In this document: piece by piece, positions 6,688 to 18,783 of the stretch
Layout: every line of letters begins with the position of its first letter
Position numbering within the stretch: the first letter of the stretch is position 1
Assembly (NCBI GenBank): GCA_036405415.1
Contig: DASWXP010000002.1
Coordinates: 1-46,096 of the forward strand
Source: Minisyncoccota bacterium
GTDB taxonomy: Bacteria > Patescibacteriota > Minisyncoccia > Phycocordibacterales > Phycocordibacteraceae
Direction of reading: 5' to 3'
Length of the DNA: 46,096 bases
Translations under genes and position numbers: made by a program
Notes under the pieces: generated by a model
Told to the model about the DNA's origin: nothing
What the model saw: only the letters and a program-made list of their open reading frames with translations
Database searches by the model: none

Positions 6688-9600
6688 ATGCAGCAGAAGA
6701 AGCTCGTGCAGAAGACGTTCGGCGCGTACCGCGCGCCTCGCGTCGAGTTCCCGGACCTCGTAGGTCACCAGCGGGAATCGTTCCAGTGGCTCCTCAAGGA
6801 GGGCCTCGGCGAACTCTTTAAGGAGTTTTCGCCGATTCCTGATTATTCCGGCAAGAAGTTCGAGCTCCGTTTCGACGGCTTCGAGATCGGCGCCCCGAAG
6901 GGCACCGAGGAGGAGGCACGCGAGAACATGCGTACCTACGAGGCGCCCCTCAAGGCGTCCGTAACCCTCATCAACAAGACCTTCGGTTCTGAGAAGACCC
7001 AGGAGATCTTCCTTTCGGACATCCCGATGATGACGCCGCACGGCTCCTTCATCGTATCCGGCGTCGAGCGTGCCATCGTGCCGCAGCTCGCGCGCTCCTT
7101 CGGCGCATTCTTCATCGCCGAGGAGAACAAGGGCCGCCAGTTCTTCGGCGCGAAATTGATCCCGGCACGCGGTGTCTGGATCGAGATCGAGAGCGACGTC
7201 GACGGCGCGATCTTCGTGAAGATCGACCGCAAGCGCAAGTTCCCGGTATCGAACCTACTCTCCATCTTCGGCGCAGGCGTCCGTGAGGAGATCCTCGCGA
7301 AGTTCAAGGGTGACGAGGTCGCGACCCGCGCGATGCAGCTCACCCTCGCACATGACACCGCACAGAGTCTCGACGACTCGTTCGTGGAGGTGCACCGCCG
7401 CATGCGCGACGGCGACCTCGCGACCCCTGAGAACGCGAAGCAGTACGTGAACTCCTTGTTCGCCGCTGAGCGCTATGACCTCTCCAAGGTCGGCCGCCAC
7501 CGCTTGAACGCCCGCTTCTCCCTCCCGACCGATAAGAAGGCGCTCGATCAGCGCGCGCTTACCCTCGACGACCTCGTCCGCATCGTGGGCGAGATCGCCC
7601 GCATGAACCAGGACCCGAACGCGGTTCCGGACGATATCGATCACCTCGGCTTCCGCCGCGTCCGCTTCGTAGGCGAGCTCCTTCAGGCCCGCATGCGCGT
7701 GGGCATGTCGCGCATGAAGCGCAACATCCAGGACCGCATGTCGACGATCGAGAGCGAGACTTCGCTCCCGATGGCGTTCGTGAACCCGCGTCCGCTTTCA
7801 GCGTCGGTCCGCGAGTTCTTCACCGCCAACCAGCTCTCCCAGTTCATGGATCAGCAGAACATCCTCGCTGAGCTCGAGAACATGCGCACCCTTTCGGCCC
7901 TCGGTCCGGGAGGCCTTACGCGCGAGCGCGCAGGCTTCGAGGTGCGCGACGTGCATCCGTCCCATTACGGACGCCTCTGTCCGATCCATACGCCAGAAGG
8001 CGCCAACATCGGCCTTATCCTCCGCATGGCGCTCCATGCGCGCACCAACGAGTTCGGCGTCCTCGAGACCCCGTACGCGAAGGTTACGAAGGGCGTGGTT
8101 ACCGACACGGTCGAGTACCTAAACGCGCTCGAGGAAGAGGAGCATGTGATCGCGCATGCCGCGACACCGGTAGACGAGAAGGGACGCATCGTTCCGGATA
8201 GCATCGAGGCGCGCCGCGGCGGCGAGCCGGCAGTAGTGAAGCGCGAGGAGATCGACTACATCGACGCATCGACGTACCAGATGTTCTCCGCGGCTACCGC
8301 GATGATCCCGTTCGTCGATCATGACGACGCGAACCGCGCGCTCATGGGTTCGAACATGCAGAAGCAGGCGACCCCGGTCCTCATCCCGGAGGCGCCGCTC
8401 GTGGCTACGGGTATCGAGAGCCATGCGGCTCGCAACACCGGCCGCCTCGTCATCGCCGAGGAGGCGGGCGAGGTTACGTACTGCGACGCGCGCAAGGTCG
8501 TGGTCACGCCGTCTAACGGAAAGCCGCATGAGTACAAGCTCCAGGGCCTCACGCAGACCAACCAGAACTCCGCGTTCATGCAGCGTCCGATCGTAAAGAC
8601 CGGCGACAAGGTGAAGAAGGGCGACGTCCTTGCAGACGCGACCTCTTCCGATCAGGGCCAGATGGCGCTCGGACAGAACGTTCGTGTGGCCTTCATGAGC
8701 TGGAACGGTGCGAACTACGAGGACGCCATCATCGTGTCCGAGCGTCTCGTGGAAGAGTCCAAGTTCACCACGGTGCACATCGAGGACTTCGAGTGCGCGG
8801 TCCGCGACACCAAGCTCGGCGCTGAGGTTACGACGCATGACATCCCGAACGTGGGCGAGATGCGTCTTAAGAACCTCGACGAGGAGGGCGTGGTACGCAT
8901 CGGTGCGGAAGTCCGTCCGGGCGACATCCTCGTGGGTAAGGTAACGCCGAAGGGCGAGACCCAGCTCACCCCTGAGGAGCGTCTCCTTCGTTCGATTTTC
9001 GGCGATAAGGCCAAGGACGTGAAGGACACCTCGCTTCGCATGGAGGGTGGAAAGCGCGGTCGCGTTATCGGCGTAAAGGTATTCAGCCGCGAGCAGGGAG
9101 ACCAGCTCGAGTCGGGAATCATCAAGAAGATCGTCGTAACGGTTGCGCAGGTACGTAACGTATCGGTGGGCGACAAGCTCGCCGGACGCCACGGAAACAA
9201 GGGCGTTATCTCCCGCGTGCTTCCGGTAGAGGACATGCCGTACGACAAGGACGGCAACCCGGTAGACATCATCCTCACGCCGCTCGGCGTCCCGTCCCGC
9301 ATGAACCTCGGACAGATCCTCGAGCTTCATCTCGGTCTCGCAGCTAACTCGCTCGGATACCAGGCGATCGTGCCTCCATTCGCAGGCGCAACCGCAGAGG
9401 AGATTCGTGAGGAGCTCGTCTCCGCAGGTTTCGATAAGAGCGGCAAGATGCAGCTCTTCGATGGCCGCACGGGCGAAGCGTTCGCGCAGCCGGTATCGGT
9501 GGGCTACATGTACGTCTTGAAGCTCCATCACATGGTGGAGGATAAGATCCACATGCGCTCCATCGGACCGTACAGCCTCATCACCCAGCAGCCGCTCGGC

Positions 9601-9864
9601 GGAAAGGCGCAGAACGGCGGTCAGCGCTTCGGAGAGATGGAGGTGTGGGCGCTCCTTGGGTACGGCTCTGCCTACACCCTTCGCGAGATGCTCACGATCA
9701 AGTCCGACGATATCCAGGGACGCTCGGCGACCTTCGATGCGATCGTGAAGGGCGAGCCGGTATCCCATGCGGGAACTCCGGCATCCTTCTCCGTACTTAC
9801 CAACCAGATCCGCGGCCTCGCGCTCGACATCGAGCCGATCGAGGACTATCAGGCGGACGCCTAA
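6688..9864 (+). CDS. rpoB: DNA-directed RNA polymerase subunit beta
   Basis: Track ORF is trimmed to ATG 6688 (MQQKKLVQKTFG). Motifs: GPGGLTRERAG, MGSNMQKQA, NYEDAIIVSE, GRHGNKGVIS, GGQRFGEMEVWAL. Confidence 0.97.
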   Translation: MQQKKLVQKTFGAYRAPRVEFPDLVGHQRESFQWLLKEGLGELFKEFSPIPDYSGKKFELRFDGFEIGAPKGTEEEARENMRTYEAPLKASVTLINKTFGSEKTQEIFLSDIPMMTPHGSFIVSGVERAIVPQLARSFGAFFIAEENKGRQFFGAKLIPARGVWIEIESDVDGAIFVKIDRKRKFPVSNLLSIFGAGVREEILAKFKGDEVATRAMQLTLAHDTAQSLDDSFVEVHRRMRDGDLATPENAKQYVNSLFAAERYDLSKVGRHRLNARFSLPTDKKALDQRALTLDDLVRIVGEIARMNQDPNAVPDDIDHLGFRRVRFVGELLQARMRVGMSRMKRNIQDRMSTIESETSLPMAFVNPRPLSASVREFFTANQLSQFMDQQNILAELENMRTLSALGPGGLTRERAGFEVRDVHPSHYGRLCPIHTPEGANIGLILRMALHARTNEFGVLETPYAKVTKGVVTDTVEYLNALEEEEHVIAHAATPVDEKGRIVPDSIEARRGGEPAVVKREEIDYIDASTYQMFSAATAMIPFVDHDDANRALMGSNMQKQATPVLIPEAPLVATGIESHAARNTGRLVIAEEAGEVTYCDARKVVVTPSNGKPHEYKLQGLTQTNQNSAFMQRPIVKTGDKVKKGDVLADATSSDQGQMALGQNVRVAFMSWNGANYEDAIIVSERLVEESKFTTVHIEDFECAVRDTKLGAEVTTHDIPNVGEMRLKNLDEEGVVRIGAEVRPGDILVGKVTPKGETQLTPEERLLRSIFGDKAKDVKDTSLRMEGGKRGRVIGVKVFSREQGDQLESGIIKKIVVTVAQVRNVSVGDKLAGRHGNKGVISRVLPVEDMPYDKDGNPVDIILTPLGVPSRMNLGQILELHLGLAANSLGYQAIVPPFAGATAEEIREELVSAGFDKSGKMQLFDGRTGEAFAQPVSVGYMYVLKLHHMVEDKIHMRSIGPYSLITQQPLGGKAQNGGQRFGEMEVWALLGYGSAYTLREMLTIKSDDIQGRSATFDAIVKGEPVSHAGTPASFSVLTNQIRGLALDIEPIEDYQADA

Positions 9865-9875
9865 CGAAATAGATC

Positions 9876-13598
<3,723 letters not shown>

Positions 13599-13614
13599 TC
13601 TATCAATGTGTGAA

Positions 13615-13650
13615 GCAGAAAGCCCGCCTTTTAGGCGGGCTTTCTGCTGT
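13615..13650 (+). terminator. Terminator-like 14-bp hairpin after rpoC
   Basis: GCAGAAAGCCCGCC-TTTTA-GGCGGGCTTTCTGC. The inner stem is followed by TTTCTGCTGT. Confidence 0.65.
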
Positions 13651-13651
13651 C

Positions 13652-13681
13652 TGGGCACGGTCATGCAATACGCGCTAAAAT
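13652..13681 (+). promoter_or_regulatory. Possible promoter for dnaG
   Basis: TGGGCA, 18 nt, then TAAAAT. The -10 overlaps the track ATG at 13680, which favours the ATG at 13692 as the start. Confidence 0.35.
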
Positions 13682-13691
13682 GAGGGAACGC

Positions 13692-15383
13692 ATGGACACC
13701 GTCGAGCAGATCAAGGCCAAGCTCTCCATCGTGGACGTCGTGTCCCCGTACGTGAAGCTCACGAAGTCCGGAAGGAGCTGGAAGGGGCTCTCCCCGTTCA
13801 ACAAGGAGAAGACCCCGTCCTTCTACGTGAATCCTGAGCGCGGCACCTACTACTGCTTCTCCTCGGGGCAAGGGGGAGACCATTTCGAGTTCGTCCAGAA
13901 GATGGAAGGCGTGGACTTCAAGGGAGCGCTTCATATCCTCGCGGAGAAGGCAGGGGTAGAGATCGTATACACGGGAGGGCCGTCCAAGGAATCGAAGGAC
14001 AAGAAGGACCGCCTGTACGAGGCGATGGCGCGAGCCGAGACCCTGTACGCGGACCTGCTCAAGGAAGGGAAGAAGGTCGAAGGGAGCGCGTACGCGTACG
14101 CGAAGTCTCGCGGGCTTACGGAAGAGAGCATCGCTTCCTGGAATCTTGGGTTCGCTCCTGAAGCGTGGCGCATGACGCTCGAGAAGCTTCAGGAAGCCGG
14201 GTTCTCGAATCAGGAACTCATCCAGGCGGGGCTCGTGAAGGAGGCGGACGAGAAGAAGGGTACCTTCTATGACCGGTTCCGGAACCGGCTGATGTTCCCG
14301 ATCCGGGACAGCGCAGGACGCACGGTTGCGTTTACGGGCCGAGCGCTCGATCCTAACGATCAGGCGAAATACCTCAATTCTCCTGAGACGGAGCTCTACA
14401 AGAAGTCAGAGATCCTCTTTGGCATGGATCGCGCAAAAGACGCGATACGCCAGCGTGGGTTCGCGCTTCTGGTTGAAGGGCAGATGGACCTTCTCATGCT
14501 CCATCAGATAGGCTTCACGAACACTATCGCCCTTTCCGGTACCGCGCTCACGCCGCAGCACCTCTCGCTTATCAAGCGCTACGCGGACAACCTCATGCTC
14601 GCGCTTGATTCGGATAGGGCGGGGCTGAACGCGTCCATGAAGAACGCGATTGCGGCCTTGCGCGCGGGGATGCGCGTGAAGGCGGTGAAGCTGCCCGCAG
14701 GAAAGGATCCTGCGGACCTCGCGATAGAGGACGCAAAGGACTTAACCAAGCGCATCGCGGACGCGAAGCCTATCGTCGAGTTCTTCCTCTCGGTCCTCGC
14801 CGAGAGCGAAGGAGACCAGCATCGCCTTATCCTCCTTGCGGAGAAGACGGTCCTGCCGCTCCTTGCGGCTATCGAGAGCCCTATGGAGCGGGAGCATTTC
14901 GTGAGCATCGCGGCGCGTGCGCTCGGGTCTACGCCTGAGGCGATCCGCGCGGGCTTGGTGCGCCTCCCGAAAGAGCCGGGAGAGGGGAGGATGCAGACGG
15001 TGACGCTTCAGGGGAAGCCTGCCCCGGTGCGCACTCCGGTACAGAAACTCGGCTCGAGGCTCCATGCGCTATACATGCAGTACCCGAACAGTCTCATTGC
15101 TAAGCGGGTAGAAAATGAGTATAGTAGGGTCATCGGCGCACCGTTCCCAGACGAGCCCCCTCCCGAGAACGAGATTTTCGAGGCAGGAATAGACTATGGC
15201 GAGGCTCCTGGGGAAACGGACGCGGACGACCTCGTTCGCGCATTCGAGAAAGCACACATCGCGGAGCAGCTCCAGGCTGCGACCGCGCGCTTGCGCGTAG
15301 CTGAGACCGCCCGCGACGAAGCCGCCATCAGAGAGGCAGAGCAGGAATGCCAGAGACTGACGAGACTCCTTGCATCGTTTTGA
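13692..15383 (+). CDS. dnaG: DNA primase (TOPRIM) with a degenerate N-terminal zinc-binding motif
   Basis: The N-terminal region KGLSPFNKEKTPSFYV...YYCFSSGQGGD aligns to the CHC2 zinc finger. The TOPRIM region includes LLVEGQMDLL and LALDSDRAG. An alternative start lies at 13680. Confidence 0.9.
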   Translation: MDTVEQIKAKLSIVDVVSPYVKLTKSGRSWKGLSPFNKEKTPSFYVNPERGTYYCFSSGQGGDHFEFVQKMEGVDFKGALHILAEKAGVEIVYTGGPSKESKDKKDRLYEAMARAETLYADLLKEGKKVEGSAYAYAKSRGLTEESIASWNLGFAPEAWRMTLEKLQEAGFSNQELIQAGLVKEADEKKGTFYDRFRNRLMFPIRDSAGRTVAFTGRALDPNDQAKYLNSPETELYKKSEILFGMDRAKDAIRQRGFALLVEGQMDLLMLHQIGFTNTIALSGTALTPQHLSLIKRYADNLMLALDSDRAGLNASMKNAIAALRAGMRVKAVKLPAGKDPADLAIEDAKDLTKRIADAKPIVEFFLSVLAESEGDQHRLILLAEKTVLPLLAAIESPMEREHFVSIAARALGSTPEAIRAGLVRLPKEPGEGRMQTVTLQGKPAPVRTPVQKLGSRLHALYMQYPNSLIAKRVENEYSRVIGAPFPDEPPPENEIFEAGIDYGEAPGETDADDLVRAFEKAHIAEQLQAATARLRVAETARDEAAIREAEQECQRLTRLLASF

Positions 15384-15416
15384 TACACCCTTACTAACCT
15401 CATACGGAAACCAACC

Positions 15417-16712
15417 ATGGCTACCAAGAAGAAGGCGGCTAAGAAGCCCGTTAAGAAAGCAGTGAAGAAGGCCGCTCCGAAGAAAGCGGTGAAGAAGGCT
15501 GCGCCTAAGAAGGCCGTAAAGAAGCCGGTCAAGAAAGCAGCGCCGAAGAAGGCGGTGAAGAAGGCTCCAGCTAAGAAGCCGGCGAAGAAAGAGCAGCTCA
15601 AGAACATCGTGCGCGTCGCTGCCAAGGGCGCAAAAGCGAAGGCTGCTGCGCAGAAGGTAGACAAAGCAGACCTCCTTATCCAGAAGGGCAAGGAGCGCGG
15701 CTACATCACGTACAACGAGATTCTGAAGGAGTTCCCGCATGTCGAGGACGACATCATGTTCCTCGACGAGCTCTACGAGCGCTTCACGACCGCCGGCATC
15801 GACATCCTCGAGGGCGGCATGCTCGCGGACGATACAGATCAGTACCTCGCAGGCCGCAACATCAAGGGCCGCGATTCTGGCGCGTACGACTCGATCCAGA
15901 TCTACCTCCGCGAGATCGGTCAGTACCCGCTTCTCACTGCTTCCGAAGAGCGCGAGCTCGCGCAGCGCATCGAGAAGGGGGATGACGAGGCGCGTAACAT
16001 CCTCGCGCGTTCGAACCTCCGCCTCGTGGTGTCTATCGCGAAGAAGTACGTGGGCCGCTCTCCGGACCTCACGCTTCTCGACCTCATCCAGGAAGGGAAT
16101 CTTGGCCTCTTCAAGGCCGTAGACAAGTTCGACTGGAACAAGGGCTTCAAGTTCTCGACCTACGCTACCTGGTGGATTCGCCAGGCTATCACGCGTGCGC
16201 TCGCGGACCAGTCCCGCACCATCCGCATCCCGGTGCATATGGTGGAGACCATCGCCAAGTACAAGCAGGTATCGCGCCGCCTCGCGCAGGTACTCGGCCG
16301 CGACCCGCAGCCGGAGGAGATTGCTATCGAGATGGCGGTCGAGGTTGAGAAAATCTACCAGATCGAGAAGATCAACCAGGACACGCTTTCCTTGGAGAAC
16401 CCTATCGGTTCTGATGACGACGATCGCTCGACCCTCGGCGACTTCATTGCGGATGATAAGATTCCATCTCCTATCCAGGAGTCTTCCGAGCGTATCCTCG
16501 GCGAGCAGGTGCGCGATATTCTTGAGGACCTAAGTCCTAAGGAGCGCAAGATTCTTGAGATGCGTCACGGACTTCTCGACGGTGTGTACCACACGCTCGA
16601 GGAGGTTGGAAAGGAGTTCGGCGTCACTCGTGAGCGTATACGCCAGATCGAGGCGAAGGCGCTTGAGAAGATCAGGACGCATGAGAAGAGTAGGAGGTTG
16701 AAGAGTTACTAG
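15417..16712 (+). CDS. rpoD: Primary-type RNA polymerase sigma factor (sigma-70 family) with a Lys/Ala/Pro-rich N-terminal extension
   Basis: Region 2: [16 protein letters not shown] and IRIPVHMVE. Region 4: [23 protein letters not shown]. The gene lies downstream of dnaG. Confidence 0.95.
   Translation: MATKKKAAKKPVKKAVKKAAPKKAVKKAAPKKAVKKPVKKAAPKKAVKKAPAKKPAKKEQLKNIVRVAAKGAKAKAAAQKVDKADLLIQKGKERGYITYNEILKEFPHVEDDIMFLDELYERFTTAGIDILEGGMLADDTDQYLAGRNIKGRDSGAYDSIQIYLREIGQYPLLTASEERELAQRIEKGDDEARNILARSNLRLVVSIAKKYVGRSPDLTLLDLIQEGNLGLFKAVDKFDWNKGFKFSTYATWWIRQAITRALADQSRTIRIPVHMVETIAKYKQVSRRLAQVLGRDPQPEEIAIEMAVEVEKIYQIEKINQDTLSLENPIGSDDDDRSTLGDFIADDKIPSPIQESSERILGEQVRDILEDLSPKERKILEMRHGLLDGVYHTLEEVGKEFGVTRERIRQIEAKALEKIRTHEKSRRLKSY
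15423..15593 (+). repeat. Coding tandem repeat (about 27-nt units) giving (KKAAPKKAV)n-like basic repeats
   Basis: Translated: [55 protein letters not shown]. Confidence 0.85.
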
Positions 16713-16716
16713 AATG

Positions 16717-16745
16717 AAGCCCGCGAATGCGGGCTTTACCTTTAG
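16717..16745 (+). terminator. Intrinsic terminator after rpoD
   Basis: Hairpin AAGCCCGC-GAAT-GCGGGCTT is followed by TACCTTTAGTTT. Confidence 0.7.
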
Positions 16746-16820
16746 TTTATGAAGTAGTTGTAAAGAGAGGTGGTTACTAACAAGTGCCGATTTGTTGTGT
16801 AAACCATTGTAAAGTAGATT

Positions 16821-17009
16821 ATGAACAACATGAGCGGTAAGCAGGAATACTATCGTGCAGAGGATCTCGCAGCGAAGCTCGATGTGAACATAATGACTAT
16901 CTACCGCTACATCAAGGTGGGGAAGCTACGTGCATACAAGCTGGGTAAGGAGTTTCGGATTGAGAAGGTAGAGTTTGAGAACTTCCTAAAGAACGCGAGT
17001 ACTAGATAG
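16821..17009 (+). CDS. Excisionase/MerR-type helix-turn-helix DNA-binding protein (62 aa)
   Basis: AEDLAAKLDVNIMTIYRYIKVGKLRAYKLGKEFRIEKVEFENFL matches the HTH_17/excisionase-family pattern. Its stop lies 2 nt before the mod start. Confidence 0.75.
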   Translation: MNNMSGKQEYYRAEDLAAKLDVNIMTIYRYIKVGKLRAYKLGKEFRIEKVEFENFLKNASTR

Positions 17010-17011
17010 CT

Positions 17012-18778
17012 ATGGAAAAAGACGAAATCAGAAAAATACTTGCGGACAAAGACAATAAAATCCTTCGACTCGAGAAGGAGGTTGAGCGTCTCAAAAGATC
17101 TTACAGAGATGGTGTTTATGGCCTTGACTGGCTTGATGTGCCTGAAGCATTTGAGAATGACGTAGAGAACAAAATGCCCATAGTAACGGCAGTAACTGAA
17201 CTCGATGTAAAGGGAAAGGAGGAAGAGCCAACACATCTACTCATCGAAGGAGAAAACTATCACGCGCTAACTTGTCTAAACTATACTCACAAAGGGAATG
17301 TGGATTTGATTTACATTGATCCCCCCTATAACACAGGATCAGACGGTTTTCGATATAAGGACAAACGAATACTCGATAAACATCCTGACGGAACAGACGT
17401 TCCTACGGATCATCCATTGAGACATAGCTACTGGCTTTCATTCATGCGAAAGCGTCTCGAACTATCAAAGTGGCTACTGAAGGAAGAGGGACTTATATAC
17501 GTTTCTATAGACTACCGAGAAGCCGCAAACCTCGAGCTGCTTCTAAACAGCGTCTTTGGTGAGGCGAATAGAGTGAACGACATCGCTGTTCAAATGAGCC
17601 AACTTACAGGTCTCAAAATGAAACACGTTGCAGAAGGAAATAAGTTCCCAAAAATAAAGGAGACATTGTTTATCTATGCAAAAAATGCTGCCTTCGCAAA
17701 AATGCAAATACCCAAAGTGCTTAAATCTGCCACCGGAAAGGATGGCGAGATGGAAAAATACTTGAAGTATTACTCAAATATTATCGAAAACCCAAGTGAT
17801 CCTTGTGAAAAATGGTCAGTTATTTCTGTCAAGAAGTACATAGAGAAGAACGCTCTAAAAATAGACGTAAGAAAACTAAAACAACTCAACGAATGGAAAA
17901 TCGCGAATGCAGAGCGACTGATTTACCGAACGAATAACGATGTGGTGAAGAGGTTTGCTGCCACAAATCCAGTAGCGCCTGAGATTTGCGAGGTCTCCTC
18001 ACCTGATGGAGAAAAATATATAAAGTGGGGCGATAAGAGAATGTTGTTTCTCTCGGATTACTTGAGTGTTTACGTTGGAGACATATGGTATGACATATCA
18101 ACCATAAACCTGAATAAGGAGACATTCGGTCTACCCACTTTTACAAGCGGTCAAAAGCCTATAAAACTCATCAAAAGGTGCGTAGAGACCATTCCAAACA
18201 AAAACGCAATCGTACTCGATTTTTTTGCTGGCTCGGGTACGACAGGGCATGCTGTACTTGATCAAAATAAAGCTGATGGTGGGAAGCGTCAGTTTATTCT
18301 CGTTACCAATAATGAGGGAGGCATTGTAGATAAGTTTTGTTTACCTCGAATGCAGCGTGCATTGTCAGGATACGAGAATTTTGCTGGGTATGGAGGGTCG
18401 CTGAAGTATTACCGCATCGGATTTGTTGGGGAGCATAGTGTTCTCAATGCGAACGATAAAGACAAGTTGACGCTTGCTCATAACGCGACTGAGCTTCTTG
18501 CGATCGCAGAAAATACACTAGAATGTGTAACAAAGAACAGCCACTTCGAAATTTTTGAAAGCAAAGACCGATACACAGCTATTTATTTTAAAGAGAGCTT
18601 TGATAAATTTGACGACTTCAGTAAAAAAGTTCTCTCACTTAAGAAGCCAACAACCGTCTATATCTTTAGTTGGGAAAACGACCCATTCGTGGATGAGTTC
18701 GAGGACAATCCAAACATAACTGTTAAGACCATCCCGGAACCTATACTTGAGATCTACCGCCGCATCCACAACCTATAA
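17012..18778 (+). CDS. mod: Site-specific DNA methyltransferase, beta-class (N6-adenine/N4-cytosine), Type III Mod-like
   Basis: LLIEGENYHAL...DLIYIDPPYNTG (motif IV, about aa 103) precedes LDFFAGSGTTGHA (motif I, about aa 402). A long variable region lies between them and is the presumed TRD. Confidence 0.85.
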   Translation: MEKDEIRKILADKDNKILRLEKEVERLKRSYRDGVYGLDWLDVPEAFENDVENKMPIVTAVTELDVKGKEEEPTHLLIEGENYHALTCLNYTHKGNVDLIYIDPPYNTGSDGFRYKDKRILDKHPDGTDVPTDHPLRHSYWLSFMRKRLELSKWLLKEEGLIYVSIDYREAANLELLLNSVFGEANRVNDIAVQMSQLTGLKMKHVAEGNKFPKIKETLFIYAKNAAFAKMQIPKVLKSATGKDGEMEKYLKYYSNIIENPSDPCEKWSVISVKKYIEKNALKIDVRKLKQLNEWKIANAERLIYRTNNDVVKRFAATNPVAPEICEVSSPDGEKYIKWGDKRMLFLSDYLSVYVGDIWYDISTINLNKETFGLPTFTSGQKPIKLIKRCVETIPNKNAIVLDFFAGSGTTGHAVLDQNKADGGKRQFILVTNNEGGIVDKFCLPRMQRALSGYENFAGYGGSLKYYRIGFVGEHSVLNANDKDKLTLAHNATELLAIAENTLECVTKNSHFEIFESKDRYTAIYFKESFDKFDDFSKKVLSLKKPTTVYIFSWENDPFVDEFEDNPNITVKTIPEPILEIYRRIHNL

Positions 18779-18783
18779 AAGTT

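Noticed and set aside
8119-9768. 549-aa minus-strand ORF, and other long ORFs, inside rpoB and rpoC (e.g. 9960..10862, 11436..12296, 12576..13934)
   Set aside because: They are antisense to unmistakable rpoB and rpoC. The translations are Arg/His/Leu/Asp-rich and motif-free.
15423-15593. Regular short repeats that could be mistaken for a CRISPR or other non-coding array
   Set aside because: The repeats are in frame within rpoD, are about 27 nt long and have no unique spacers. They encode KKAAPKKAV-type peptide repeats.
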